Shown here: one piece after another, positions 45,834 to 57,600 of the stretch
Position numbering within the stretch: the first letter of the stretch is position 1
Layout of the letters: the number at the start of each line of letters is the position of its first letter
IMG/VR virus record: IMGVR_UViG_3300011577_000001
Length of the DNA: 64,000 nucleotides
Reading direction: 5' to 3' (one strand)
Source of the DNA: a virus
Lineage: Duplodnaviria; Caudoviricetes
Notes under the pieces: model-generated
Database searches by the model: none
What the model saw: only the letters and a program-made list of their open reading frames with translations
What the model was told of the DNA's origin: nothing
Translations under genes and position numbers: made by a program

Positions 45834-47279
45834 TTACTGACCAGGTGCGTCTTTGGTGATCAGAGTCGCAACCCAAGTCGGGATGAACTCCATCAGAGCC
45901 AACAGGCCCACTTCACGCATTTCCAGCTCAGGGTGTTCCTTAGCGACGCTGTCCATGGTGGTCAGGATGTCGTAGGCGTTGGTGTGAGGGAAGATCACCG
46001 AGCAGATCACCTTACGCACGGTAATGAAGAGGTCGTCTTCGTACCAGTTGTTCGGCATGTTGCGGATGTACTTGTGCAGCTCGGTCACGTACACCTTGCG
46101 TTCGGTCACGAGCAGGTCATCAGGCATCTCCTGAATCTCTTTCTCGATCGCCCGTACCAGGCCGGTCTGGAAGTGGTTGGCCTTCTGCAAGCGCAGGTTG
46201 GTGGCCATCACACGTTCCTGGGATTCCCAGACCTTGATGTAACGGTCCTTACGCTCCAGCAGGATGTCGTAGTTCGAGTTGCGATCCGAAACGAATGCAC
46301 CGAACAGGACTTCTGGAGTACCACCGGCTTCAAGCCACTTGTCGTAGACGTCAGCGTTCACGCGGATCTCGACAGGGTTGATGCCGATGTCGTCTTCACG
46401 GAAACGCGACCAGTCAGCCACCAGCACTTTACGCTTGGCGTTGGACTCACGACGTTCCAGGGTACGGCAAACAGCACGAGCAGCTTGGCTCATGATGTCG
46501 ATGACGTACTCTTTGTACTCGTTCAGACCAGCCTGTACACCTTCCGGGGTGATCTCGCACAGACGCGAGGCCAGCAGGAAGATCACCAGGATCTGAGTCG
46601 GTTCGACGTACAGATGGTTCAGGTGAGCCAGCAGCGACGGGTTGTAGGTCTCGTCACGGTTGACGAAGATCTTGTTGTAGATCTCCTGAACGTAACCGTC
46701 TGGCAGGGTGGCAATGAAGTTCTCCAGCTCGGTGTTGAAGCGAGCCACGCCAGTTTCAACCAGCGCCAGAGGAGTAGCAATGCCGTCAGCCATCGGTACG
46801 GTGATGCTCAGCTTGACGTCCTTCACAGGAGTCTCGTTGTAGCGCTCAACCAGACCGGTCAGGTAGTGACTGTCCCAGATGTCGGCGAACTTGTCAGCAC
46901 GCACCGAGATGGCAGTGTTCTTCAGAGTCAGGGCGTCATCGACGTACTGCTGAACGAATTCGCAGGCCGACTTGACCGAAGGGTTGACTTGGTTGCGGGC
47001 AACGTCGAGGTTCCACGCCACGGTCTTCTTCAGGACTTCGATGACTTCGTCCATCACCAGGTCGTGCTCTACCACGCCAGCGGCGTTCTTGGCTTGAGCG
47101 CCGTACATGATGCGTTCTTCGACCGACATCTCGAGGGTGCCGACGTCGGGGTTCGGCAGGTAGCCTGCACGGATCAGGGTGGCCAGAGGAGTACCGTCGA
47201 TTGCACGAATCGCCAGACCCTTGTTATCCAGTACCTGAGCCAGGCTCACTGCTGCCGTCAAGGAGTTATAGTTCAGCAT
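45834..47279 (-). CDS. Conserved virion/head protein (phiKZ gp177-like)
   Basis: 481 aa; synteny between gp176-like and the vRNAP beta subunit. Confidence 0.7.
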   Translation of the reverse strand: MLNYNSLTAAVSLAQVLDNKGLAIRAIDGTPLATLIRAGYLPNPDVGTLEMSVEERIMYGAQAKNAAGVVEHDLVMDEVIEVLKKTVAWNLDVARNQVNPSVKSACEFVQQYVDDALTLKNTAISVRADKFADIWDSHYLTGLVERYNETPVKDVKLSITVPMADGIATPLALVETGVARFNTELENFIATLPDGYVQEIYNKIFVNRDETYNPSLLAHLNHLYVEPTQILVIFLLASRLCEITPEGVQAGLNEYKEYVIDIMSQAARAVCRTLERRESNAKRKVLVADWSRFREDDIGINPVEIRVNADVYDKWLEAGGTPEVLFGAFVSDRNSNYDILLERKDRYIKVWESQERVMATNLRLQKANHFQTGLVRAIEKEIQEMPDDLLVTERKVYVTELHKYIRNMPNNWYEDDLFITVRKVICSVIFPHTNAYDILTTMDSVAKEHPELEMREVGLLALMEFIPTWVATLITKDAPGQ

Positions 47280-47281
47280 GG

Positions 47282-47476
47282 TTACACGACCCCTTGATCT
47301 TTGGTCAGTTTGCGTTGGATGGTAGCGGTGATCGCCGACTTCATGGTCGCCGGTGGAATACGCTCCCCGTTGATGGTGTTCGATACAGCTTCACCAGCAA
47401 CAGCCATGATCAGGTTAGCCGACAGTTCTACTGCGTTGGCTAACACCGTCAAGTTCTGCTCGTAATTTTTGGACAT
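47282..47476 (-). CDS. Small hypothetical protein
   Basis: 64-aa ORF abutting the gp177-like gene. Confidence 0.6.
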   Translation of the reverse strand: MSKNYEQNLTVLANAVELSANLIMAVAGEAVSNTINGERIPPATMKSAITATIQRKLTKDQGVV

Positions 47477-47527
47477 AACGGAACCCGTCTTGAGAGTTAA
47501 CGATGGGGCTCCGAGGAGCCCCTAAAT

Positions 47528-50500
47528 TCAACCTTTTCTGTACGCCTCAACCACCTTCTTACTGAGGACCTTGAGAAGCGTGGTAGTGGTACCAATCAAC
47601 TCAGGCGACAGTACGATACGGTTCGAGAAGGAAGTGTAGGAGAAGATGGCACCCAATGGGAGACCCGACTTGGTCTGGTTCACACCGGACATCACACGAC
47701 CAAAGATGGTCTTCATCTGGTTAGCGAACACACCCTTGTCGCCCACGCCAGCACCGACATCAGTCGTGATGAATACGCGGATCAACATCGAGTCCATGTT
47801 CAGAGGGTTGCCCGCTACTCGCAGAGCACCGTCCACACTACCAGTGAGCACCTTACGACCCAATGCCTTTTGCAGCTTGGCTCGTTCTTTGTCCCCTGCA
47901 TCTGCAATGGCGCGAAGACTTGGTGACATGTCTTCTTTATCGCCGTTGTAGTAGATCTCGATCGATTCCACCACACCGTTGTACTTCGCCTTAGGAGTTG
48001 GGCTCCCAAGCAAACGGAGAGTGTCGATCGATTCCTCATCGAACAAATCGGTGTTAGCCGTTACGGCGTCTTCGATAGTACATAAAATATCCTCACTATC
48101 GACCTTTTGCCCCTTGGTTACCAGACCGTGAATCTTCTGGTCAAATGTCACCACGAGGTCACGAGGTTTAGTGATCTGAGTCCGCAGCAACTTGGCCACG
48201 TCTTCGGAGATCACAGAGGAGTCTTCTAAGGTATCCGAACACTCCAAGATTGCAGTCCGCACCGTGATACCAGTTTTCAGAGAAACCTGGGTTGGGTTCA
48301 GAGCGCTAGGCTTGAAGTAGTGGGTGTTGTAGGCAACTACGTCACCCTCTTTGATCTTCTGGCCCACCTTGAGGTCCGAGTGGACATGGTGAGGGAAGAT
48401 CTTACCGGCTACCGTACCGAAGCGACGACCCAGCTCTACAGACCGCTGAGTACCGTCTTTGTATTCCACGGTAATGGCTTTGTCGCTGACTGCAACCACT
48501 ACGCCATCGCCTTTCGCCGTGTAGGCAAAGAGGTCGTTCACACGGTGAGGTAGTACGTCGCCGTAACCAGTCTGAACTGGCTGAACGTCGTAGCCCTCGG
48601 CGAACATGGTCGAGTGGTATTGGATACCAATGAAGTTCACACGCTTCGGGTCATCCCGGTCGGCGCAAGGCGAAACCAGTGCAGCAGTCGAGATCAGTTT
48701 GGTAGCACCATCCTGACCAGGTTCGTAACGACGACTCAGACCACGCAAGGAAGTGAAGTTCGGGTCCGCAGTGGTGAACGTCGAGATTGCTACGTCACCG
48801 GAGTCCACGGTCGACTCAGAGATCACACCCATGTCGTTAGGGTGGAATACCCGGCTACGTTTTACCATCGAGCGACGGCTACGACCACCAGTACCACCAA
48901 ACGTCACAGACTCTTGGGTTCGTAGACACTCAATCGGGTTCGACTCTTCCACCTGACCTTTTGACGGGTCATCCTGAATAGCCTGCCAGATTGCGTGAGG
49001 AGCCATCTCCACTTTGTTACCCGCAGCACCACGACGAGCGTTGTGTACACGAGCAGCACGAACCATCTCAGCGTAGACCGCACCCGAGATACGTTCGTAA
49101 CCCTTGATCCGCATGTACTCCATATCCGTTTCGGCAGGAGCCCAGTCAGTGGTCAACAGCTCCACCGCACGAACCAACAACCCTTCCCACTCAGTGGGTT
49201 CCTTCATCTCAGTTAAGAGGTCGAAGGTGATTGGGTCGATGAACATGTCGCGCAGCAGATCGAGTTCACGCAGATAGCGTACACCGATCTTCGCAGTCTC
49301 CAACACGTTCAGGTACACGTCCTTACGGTTGAAGTCGTACACGCTGTGACTACGGATCGCTTTCCAGTACTGGAGGAAACCAGCCATCAGGAGAGAGACC
49401 ACTTTGTCGTCACGGTGGAAGATCAGGTTTTCGTCAGCAAAGCGTACAGCGTATTCGCCTTCTGCTAACTTAAGACGCTCACCCACTTGCTGGCGCCGGA
49501 ACACGGTAGGACGCAGTGCCTTGATGACACGTTCCAAACCGAAGTAGTAGCCGAGGATCAAACCCATTGGGATGGACTTGTTGAACACGCCCATCTCAGC
49601 CATTTCCAGCGGAGCGTCAGAGGTGTCCAGTTGCAGCAGTTCCTCAAGCTTACCAAGAGGTTCAGGTCCACGAGCCTTCTGAACGTACAGGGTATCGTAC
49701 TGGTCAACCAGAACCAGCTCTGCACCCTTCTTACCGATGACCACCATGCCTTTGGATTCAGCCGCCCGCACCTTGGCTTCACCAAACTCTTTCTCACGGT
49801 TGGTGAACTCGAAGAAGAAGTCGATGCCAACCGCAGTAAAGCGACGGAAGCTTTGAGACAGCAAGCTGTAAAGACGAGGGGTCTTGTTGAGGTGATTGAA
49901 CACGTTAGACGGACGCAGTTCCGTCACACGGTTGTCTTTCGGGTCCAAGCCAATGGCTCGGATCTGATCACTCAGCCATTTTGGGTAGTTGTTGACAGAT
50001 CGGGCGGATCGATCAACGAAGACTTTACCATAATAGCTAGTGAGAGCAACGCTGGTCGGATCAACCTTCCGAATAGGGACATCGCCACGCTGCTTCCGTA
50101 GACTGTAGCGAACCCCGTTTGCCAAATAAGAACCATCTGGTGACACCTTTGGAATCTTGAAGCGGATAGTGGAGGCAGGGCCGGTGGCCGGTGCCAGTTT
50201 AATGGTGTGGATTTCGTAGTGGTTCAGTACGTCTTCCACTTCCTCCACTTGGTAGTCAACTACCGCGATACCAGCGTTCTGCAACGCCATTACCGAGTTG
50301 ACCACGTCCTTCGACAGGATCTCCTTGACGTAGCGACTATCGAACTCCAGCAGAGACGATTGCAGCATGGTCTTATCGAAGACCAGCGGGTTGTCAGGGA
50401 TCTTGGTCGATTGGGTGATCTTAAGAGACTCCGGCTTGATCACCAAGTGGTCAGCCAGCATACCCGGACCGTACGGGTTCTTGATCTCTTTATAGCTGTT

Positions 50501-51802
50501 TGCCAACTTCATCAGGCGACGGTATTCACCGCCGGTCATCATGCCTGAGTCAGCCATCTCGTTGGCTTTGTCGATGATGCCTTGGTCCAGAGACTTGCGC
50601 TCACCGCCGATCTTCACGATAGCAGGAACTGTAGTTTCCAGTTCAGCCTCGTTCTTCTCAGCAGCTTCGTTCATCTGATCCAGACCCTCGAGATCCTTGT
50701 CGATCTCAGCATCCATCTCAGCGATTGCAGCCAGCTCTTCCAAGTCTTCTTTGAGGTGCCTTGCTTGCTCCTCTTTGAAGTCGACATCCGAGACGTAGTC
50801 TTCATCTTGGGTGGTGACGACAGGACCAGACTCTTCCAACTGCTTCTCAACAGTCGAAGTGCCTTTCTTGTTCTCTACCGCATCCGGGTGAAGGTTGTCT
50901 TCGTCTTCCTCGTATTCCTCTTCATCCTTCACCTCAACGATGGTGTGGGATTCTTGGAGGGTCATCAGCGACTTCAAGAAGCGCTTTTGCAGAACGAGGG
51001 AATCAACACCAGGGGTCTTTTTACCCTCAGCATCTACGCCTGCTTTCCACGAGTTCAACAAGCCCAAGTTCACACAGAACCAACGATCCTTCGATTGGAA
51101 GATCACGTTGATCTTGGCAAAGTTCTCAGGCTTGATGTGCGACATCGGAGACTCAGCCCGGTTATCGCCCAACCACTGGAACATGTCCATGATGTTGAAC
51201 GACTCGTTACCTTGGATCTTCGACAGGCTGGTTCGGTCGATACGACGATCAGCCAAACGCAGCGCTGTGAAGGACGGTAACATCTCAGGCAGTTGAATGC
51301 GAACGAACTGATGACGGTCAGGCCATTCAGTTGCGATTTCATCCACCTTCTTCCACATGGTTACCCGTACGTTAACCCAGCGGTAGTAAGCCGCAAAGAA
51401 ACTGGTGGGATAACGCTTGAGGAATTGGAGCGGTGCGAAGTTCTCGACCACCCAAATCCGAGGGTTGCCAAACACTGAAGCCGGGGACATCAACGGACGG
51501 ATCTTGGATCGCGTACGACGCTGGTATTCCCGGATTGGTTTCTGAACGATGAAGGGTGTCGGTTTCGGGTTACCGATATCAGAACGCAACTCGATGTTGT
51601 GTTCGATGTAGACCATCTTCTCAGAGTTCTTGATCAGAGGGTCATCGAGGCCGATACCGAAGGTTGCAGAGTCTTCAGGAAAGTAGTTGATCACTGCCCC
51701 TTGTGGGAGCGACAACTTTGCGATCCCGAATGAAACAGGCATCGTGAAGTTCGGTAGGCGACGCACACCGAACGCCCGATACCACATGGGGTAAAGAAGC
51801 AT
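47528..51802 (-). CDS. Virion RNA polymerase beta subunit (phiKZ gp178-like)
   Basis: GGRS, HPNDMGVISESTVDSGDV, DDPKRVNF, EDS and GDKGVFANQMK (GDK-type beta motifs). Confidence 0.9.
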   Translation of the reverse strand: MLLYPMWYRAFGVRRLPNFTMPVSFGIAKLSLPQGAVINYFPEDSATFGIGLDDPLIKNSEKMVYIEHNIELRSDIGNPKPTPFIVQKPIREYQRRTRSKIRPLMSPASVFGNPRIWVVENFAPLQFLKRYPTSFFAAYYRWVNVRVTMWKKVDEIATEWPDRHQFVRIQLPEMLPSFTALRLADRRIDRTSLSKIQGNESFNIMDMFQWLGDNRAESPMSHIKPENFAKINVIFQSKDRWFCVNLGLLNSWKAGVDAEGKKTPGVDSLVLQKRFLKSLMTLQESHTIVEVKDEEEYEEDEDNLHPDAVENKKGTSTVEKQLEESGPVVTTQDEDYVSDVDFKEEQARHLKEDLEELAAIAEMDAEIDKDLEGLDQMNEAAEKNEAELETTVPAIVKIGGERKSLDQGIIDKANEMADSGMMTGGEYRRLMKLANSYKEIKNPYGPGMLADHLVIKPESLKITQSTKIPDNPLVFDKTMLQSSLLEFDSRYVKEILSKDVVNSVMALQNAGIAVVDYQVEEVEDVLNHYEIHTIKLAPATGPASTIRFKIPKVSPDGSYLANGVRYSLRKQRGDVPIRKVDPTSVALTSYYGKVFVDRSARSVNNYPKWLSDQIRAIGLDPKDNRVTELRPSNVFNHLNKTPRLYSLLSQSFRRFTAVGIDFFFEFTNREKEFGEAKVRAAESKGMVVIGKKGAELVLVDQYDTLYVQKARGPEPLGKLEELLQLDTSDAPLEMAEMGVFNKSIPMGLILGYYFGLERVIKALRPTVFRRQQVGERLKLAEGEYAVRFADENLIFHRDDKVVSLLMAGFLQYWKAIRSHSVYDFNRKDVYLNVLETAKIGVRYLRELDLLRDMFIDPITFDLLTEMKEPTEWEGLLVRAVELLTTDWAPAETDMEYMRIKGYERISGAVYAEMVRAARVHNARRGAAGNKVEMAPHAIWQAIQDDPSKGQVEESNPIECLRTQESVTFGGTGGRSRRSMVKRSRVFHPNDMGVISESTVDSGDVAISTFTTADPNFTSLRGLSRRYEPGQDGATKLISTAALVSPCADRDDPKRVNFIGIQYHSTMFAEGYDVQPVQTGYGDVLPHRVNDLFAYTAKGDGVVVAVSDKAITVEYKDGTQRSVELGRRFGTVAGKIFPHHVHSDLKVGQKIKEGDVVAYNTHYFKPSALNPTQVSLKTGITVRTAILECSDTLEDSSVISEDVAKLLRTQITKPRDLVVTFDQKIHGLVTKGQKVDSEDILCTIEDAVTANTDLFDEESIDTLRLLGSPTPKAKYNGVVESIEIYYNGDKEDMSPSLRAIADAGDKERAKLQKALGRKVLTGSVDGALRVAGNPLNMDSMLIRVFITTDVGAGVGDKGVFANQMKTIFGRVMSGVNQTKSGLPLGAIFSYTSFSNRIVLSPELIGTTTTLLKVLSKKVVEAYRKG

Positions 51803-51816
51803 ACGCTACTCCAGTG

Positions 51817-52980
51817 TCAATCTTTGTAAAGGAACAGGGACTCTTCCACCAGGTCAACAATCGACTTGGCGTAGTACGGTGCCAACACGCACAGCTTCAA
51901 CGCAGGGTTGAGCATGTCGTCAGCAGTGAAGCGGTAGATGTCATCGAGCATGCCGAGGTAGTAACCCGACAGACCGTCAGCGCCGAAGTTGATCGCAGGG
52001 CGCAGGAACTGGGCTACCTGAGCGTAGTTACATGGGCCGTTGTTGATGATGTCCACGACGCGATCGTATTCATCTTCGACTTGGGTAGCCATGTCCTCGA
52101 ACTTCAAGGCAATGTCAAGCAACGCCAACATCTCTTTCGGAGCCAGCGCTCGGTAGTCGCGGAACTTGAGCTGGTTCTTACGAGTGACCGCCCAGTGAGC
52201 CGAACGGTGCTGCTTCTCAGCGAAGTGTTTCAGTGACTTGGCAACCTCAGGGTTCACTGCCTTGATGCTCACAGGCTCAGGGTTGAAGATACGCTCTTCA
52301 CCCGGCAGGATGATCTTGAGGTCCTTCTCGCTCAGCATGGCAGTTGGTGCGGTGAACTTCTGGCAGAACTGTTCGAACTCCATACGGATGATGTCTTCTT
52401 TCAACGTCTTGTTCATCGCAGCTTCGTTCAGACGCTTAACGATCTCACCGATCTCTTTACGGACGGCTTGACCTTTGACGATGTAAGCACCCTGGTAAGG
52501 TTTCAACCAGCCAGCGAAGTTACCGAACATGTCGATGAGGTTGTAGTCCAGACGACCATTGATGCACAGTCGTTTGAACGCGACCTCGTCTTTGATCTTG
52601 CCAGTCGGGGAACCTTTGATCTGTTCGATGCGAGGTTTGAGCTTCGCCACCCGTGCAGCAATTTGCTTGGGTGCTTCACCGTTGTAGAAACGGTTCTTGT
52701 TGTTGAAGATTGCCTCGTAGGCTTTGTTGAGCGCACGCTTGACACGATCCAACATCGAGTTGATCGCTTCCAACGAAATGGTTGCATCCGATTCCATCGA
52801 GATCTGAGGGATACCGGACTTCACACAGAACTCAGCAACAGACTCCATCGACTCCATGGAGATCTGCCCTTCGCCTTTCAGCTCATTACGAGCCTTCATC
52901 AGAGTACGCTTGGCGGCACGCAGATCTTTCATCATGCGGCGGTACTCTTTACGCTTCATTGAGTGGATGTCGAAGCTCAT
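51817..52980 (-). CDS. Putative internal head protein located between vRNAP genes
   Basis: N-terminal cluster ISMESMES...ISMES...ISLE of protease-type sites. Confidence 0.65.
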   Translation of the reverse strand: MSFDIHSMKRKEYRRMMKDLRAAKRTLMKARNELKGEGQISMESMESVAEFCVKSGIPQISMESDATISLEAINSMLDRVKRALNKAYEAIFNNKNRFYNGEAPKQIAARVAKLKPRIEQIKGSPTGKIKDEVAFKRLCINGRLDYNLIDMFGNFAGWLKPYQGAYIVKGQAVRKEIGEIVKRLNEAAMNKTLKEDIIRMEFEQFCQKFTAPTAMLSEKDLKIILPGEERIFNPEPVSIKAVNPEVAKSLKHFAEKQHRSAHWAVTRKNQLKFRDYRALAPKEMLALLDIALKFEDMATQVEDEYDRVVDIINNGPCNYAQVAQFLRPAINFGADGLSGYYLGMLDDIYRFTADDMLNPALKLCVLAPYYAKSIVDLVEESLFLYKD

Positions 52981-52981
52981 C

Positions 52982-54610
52982 TCAGTCCCCAGTCATATTC
53001 CGTAAAACGAGTTGAACAGTCTGCACATTACAGGAGGCTTTAAAGCCACCACGTGGATCGAGGTAAGCCTCGCGACTGTTGAGAAGTTTGTCGATCTCAT
53101 CAATGGACTCTTGCGTGTACACGATGGTCGAAGAAGCAGTGTCACCGTCGAAGTCCGCATCCAGACCTGCCAGACGCGAAGGATGAATCACCTGAGAGTC
53201 AACGTAAGCCAGTGGTTCGTACGACGGGAACTCCAAAGCAATAGAGTCCTCCATCCGCTCCCAGTTATCACCCAGCTCCACACGGACTTCACCTTTCATG
53301 GTGGTCTTGGTGTAGATGGTTGACGGGTAGGTCGAACCGATACCGATTACGGGGTAACGAGTGACGATGGTCTTCAACGTGTTCCAGCGTTTATAGCCGG
53401 AGAGATAGATCAGCTCGATCAGCGTCAGTGGAGCGACGTTCTTACGATCAAAGCCTTCGGGTAACTCTGAGATGTCACCGAAGATCTTGAACGTCATGTC
53501 GGGACCACGGTACACCAGACCGAGGTAACGGTCTTCGAGCATCACTGGTTTGTGACGGTTCTCAACGATCCGCATCGACTCGATAACTTTCTCCAGGCCC
53601 TCAACCGTAATCCAACGGTCACGTACGTCAGGAGGCAGATCAACCAACTCGGACTTCAAAGTCTTCGGGTCAATCAAGCGCGCAGAAGTCGAGCTGTCAC
53701 CTACCGAAAACACTTGACCCAACCATCCGTTACGTAACAGGTAGATGGTCAACGGCAGAGCACCTTTAGCCACCTGGAACATGCCCAAGATGGTATCGGT
53801 GTAATCAGGCGAGTTGATTTCATCCAAGTCAGCAGTGGAGGTGTCCATTGCCGAGATCACGTTACGAGTACCGTTGAATACACGACGGCTACCGAACTTC
53901 TCTTGGATGAAACCCTTCTTACCCGTGATCATCCGCAGGACGTGATCGTACACGTCGTTAAAGCCCTGCTGGAGCGCTTTACGGCTGTTATCGTAAAGCG
54001 GGGAGGTCTCTGTACCGTCAGCAGACACGATCACCTTAGAGGCGCCGAGAATGCGTCGATAGACATCGTTGATTTCATCTTGCGTACCGCGTCCGGTAGA
54101 GTCTACGATGTAGTCACGAAGACCTGCTGGCATCACCAGGATGTTCTTGGTGGTTGCAATCGCTTGGTACTTCTGAATCATCTTGATCCGTTCAGTACGG
54201 ACCGGGGACTTCGATTCACGGTACTTGATCTTCTTCCAGTGTTTGAGGAAGAAGGCGTAACCGGTCTCTCCCGTCAGTTCGTTGGCAAGGATGAAATCAC
54301 CCTCCTTGTCATCGAAGATGGCGTAAGCAGTGCCTGCCATGATGTCACGATACAGACCACGCAACTGAGCCAGTGCACGGTAGATCGTGGGGTGGAAAAT
54401 GTTCAGGTGGATATCGATGTACGAGAAGCGAGTGTCTCGCATTTCGTCACCGACTCGTCCGAACGTCAAGACACTGAACAGACCGTCTTCGTTGAAGTTA
54501 CCAGTCACCCCGTCATGAACGTCAGGGGACTTAACAGGCCGTAACAACTTCAACTTCTCGGGCGTTAAATTCAAGATCGAGACGTTAAATGGGATCTGGC
54601 TATTTTTCAT
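52982..54610 (-). CDS. Virion RNA polymerase beta' subunit (phiKZ gp180-like), catalytic
   Basis: DGLFS, GKKG, RNVIS, TRYP and the catalytic ADFDGD. Confidence 0.92.
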   Translation of the reverse strand: MKNSQIPFNVSILNLTPEKLKLLRPVKSPDVHDGVTGNFNEDGLFSVLTFGRVGDEMRDTRFSYIDIHLNIFHPTIYRALAQLRGLYRDIMAGTAYAIFDDKEGDFILANELTGETGYAFFLKHWKKIKYRESKSPVRTERIKMIQKYQAIATTKNILVMPAGLRDYIVDSTGRGTQDEINDVYRRILGASKVIVSADGTETSPLYDNSRKALQQGFNDVYDHVLRMITGKKGFIQEKFGSRRVFNGTRNVISAMDTSTADLDEINSPDYTDTILGMFQVAKGALPLTIYLLRNGWLGQVFSVGDSSTSARLIDPKTLKSELVDLPPDVRDRWITVEGLEKVIESMRIVENRHKPVMLEDRYLGLVYRGPDMTFKIFGDISELPEGFDRKNVAPLTLIELIYLSGYKRWNTLKTIVTRYPVIGIGSTYPSTIYTKTTMKGEVRVELGDNWERMEDSIALEFPSYEPLAYVDSQVIHPSRLAGLDADFDGDTASSTIVYTQESIDEIDKLLNSREAYLDPRGGFKASCNVQTVQLVLRNMTGD

Positions 54611-54673
54611 GGGCGCCTTCTCAGGAATTTATATGAATACCATTACTACACCCAAGAGCCGGGAGCACTTACC

Positions 54674-57600
54674 ATGGCTAAGGATCATAACGACATTGAT
54701 GACGATTTAGACAATTTTGACGATTTTGACTTCGGGGATGATTTCAACTTTGACACTCCTCCTCCGAAGGATGATCGCAAGCCAATTGTCAAGGTCGCCA
54801 CTTCGTTCCTGGCGGGGGCTGCCGAAGAGCTGTCTGACCCAACTCGGGTCAAGAAGATGGCTCTTGACGCGCTCCCCGAGGGATACGGTAAAGCAAGCGG
54901 AATGGTCGATAAGGTAGCGTCAACTGGGCGCGAACTATACCATACGACCGCCGAAGAATTGAAGCCGGTGATTCGTGACGCCAAACGCTTGGGGCGTCGC
55001 GTTTTACCGATGGCAAAATCTTTTTTGCCCGACAAATTGGCAAAGAAGCTGGAGGACATGACTTCCGAGGAACCGAAGGGTCCATCGGTAGAACAAACCC
55101 GTGACGCACTGATCAACTCAGAGATCGGGGACATCTTCAAACTCCAGATGGAGGCAGATGCTCAACAGCGTGAAGAGGACAACGTTGAAGAACAGGCGCA
55201 GCGTAAACAAGACACTGCGCGGTTCAAAACTGAAATCCAAACGCTGAACTCGATCTTGGCTGGTGTGAACCGTCAGGTTGCTTACCAAGATCAGATTCTG
55301 GCTCGCTACCAGAAGAAGAGTCTGGAACTTCAGTACCTGCAATACTTCACCTTGCGTGACACCTACGAGTTGCATAAAGCTTCTGCAAAGGACACCAAGG
55401 TCGCACTTCAAGACATCGTGAAGAACACGGGTCTGCCTGAGTTCGTCAAGTCCAACTTGAGCGAGCATGGTGGTCACCTGTTCCGTGAACGTCTGCTGGG
55501 TGCAGCTTCTGCGAAAGCGAAAGAGTTCGGTGCCAAGTTCATCGACAAGTACGCCGGTAACATCAAAGAAGCGGTGAAGAAGAACGTCTCTGGTTTCAAA
55601 GAAGCCGCTATGGGTGCCTTCACCAACGCTGACATGTTGTTGGATGCTCAACAGTCGATGGCCGATGCGGGCGTTCAATCAGACCCTTACTCCAGCGCTG
55701 GCAAGTTCGCAGGTGGGTACTTGGGTGGTGAGGCGGGTAACGCCGTTGCTAAATGGTTGCGTCCTATCCTGTCGAAGAACAAGACTATCGCCAAGTTCGG
55801 GAACAGTCTGGAATACGGTGTGGATAACGCACCTGCTCTGATCTCTGACTGGGCGAAAGGCAATGCGGGCGAGAACACAGGTTTCAAACTGTGGGACAAA
55901 GGTCTGCGAGCGTTCAAGGACTTAGCGCCTAAAGACATCGTAGACAACAAGTTGGGTGAAACGGATCTGTTGCGTTCTCAAGACGCCGTACCGTTCACTC
56001 ACCTGGTCCGCAAGTCGATCACGGATATCATCCCAGGCTACCTGTCACGTATCCATCACGAGTTGGCCATCATCCGTACGGGTGATCCTTCCGTGAAGCG
56101 TGTGGGTTACGACTTGAAGGATGGTTCGTTTGCTTCGATGGATAAGATCACGAAGTCGATGGCTGGTAGTCTGTTTGACCAGACCAAGAACTTCGATGGC
56201 GTGCGTGACAAGACCAACGAACTCATCGACAAGATCGAAGAGAAACACGGTCAGAAACTGTCAGCTACCCAACGCAAGGCGCTGTACAACAAGTTCATCG
56301 AGAAAGCAGCAGACAGCCAAGGTCGGTTCAACATCAAAGAGTTGTCTGATGTCGATACCTGGAAAGACTTGAGCGACGATGATGCTCTGAAGCTGTCGTA
56401 CCTGTTCAGCGATGACATTGGCGAGGAGCGCCAAAACCAATACTCCAAGCAATTCCTGAAGATTCGGGATCACGTCAACAACCCTACGGATGCCATCAAG
56501 TCGATGGTCGATGCTGGGCAACTCGAACACATGCGTAAGCTAGGACTGATTACTGGAGAGGGTGAAGACCGTCGCATTAATCAGAAGCGCATTGTCGAGA
56601 TTTTGCAGCGAGGTGGATTCGGTGAGCCAACTGATGGCGGAACTGATTCTCCTGGTGGTACTCCTCGTAATCCTAACGGTGGTGCTGGCGGTGGAAATCC
56701 TCTTGGCGGTCTTCGGACTTCCAACGACAATCCTCAGGCTGCTCACAAGGACGCCGAGAAAGTAGCGACGCCCAAGAACCCGAATGAGTTCATGGAGACT
56801 ATTGGCGAATACCAGATGTTGTTGTTGGAGGATATCCGTAAAGGTATCGCTAACCCAGCAGCACTGGCGCAATACGCTGATGCAGCCCGTAACGATCCGA
56901 AAGCGACCGAGGAAGAATGTACTTGTGTCGACAAGATGATCGAGGCGTATAAGGAAGGCAACCAGCAAGTGGTTGACCAACTGGCTGCGACCTACGAGTT
57001 GTTGATCTCTGGTCAACTGCAAACCATTTCGATGGGGGTTCCTTTCGACCCTGAGAAGATGGGGATGCGAACTCTGCGTGGTCACCTGGGCAAAGGCTTT
57101 GGTAAGTTGAAGAAAGGCGGCCAATGGGTCGGCGGTAAGTTCTCCAACTACTACAAGACCGCTATGGACCTCCAGAAGAACATTATCAAAGGTGGATTCA
57201 AAGGCGCCTGGATGGGAGCCAAGGGTACTGCGAATCTGTTATTCGGTCGGGCTAAGAAGAAAGTTAACGAGTGGGGCGACGTTTACGTCAAAGGTCAAAT
57301 CCGCCCAATTATGACCTGGGCCCAACTCAAAGCCGGTGAGTACTTAAACGAGGATGGTTCCCCCATCACTTCGTGGAAGGACGTCAAAGGTCCAGTGAAG
57401 AACAAAGCAGGCGAGTACGTCTTGACTGCTGAGCAATTCGCAAAAGGTCTGGTGGATGAGCAAGCTCGTCCGATGTTAACCAAGATCAAGGACTTCGGTA
57501 AAGGGTTGTTCGAGAAGATCACCAATGCTTACACTGCTCCGTTCAAAGCGATCAAAGGAATGATCACTGGTGCGTGGAAGACAGCCCGTGATTTTGTTGA

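Noticed and set aside
16664-47297. Long antisense ORFs (16664-17806, 27596-29641, 29862-31895, 35262-37391, 45933-47297 and others)
   Set aside because: They mirror well-supported genes with biased codon usage and show no recognisable motifs.
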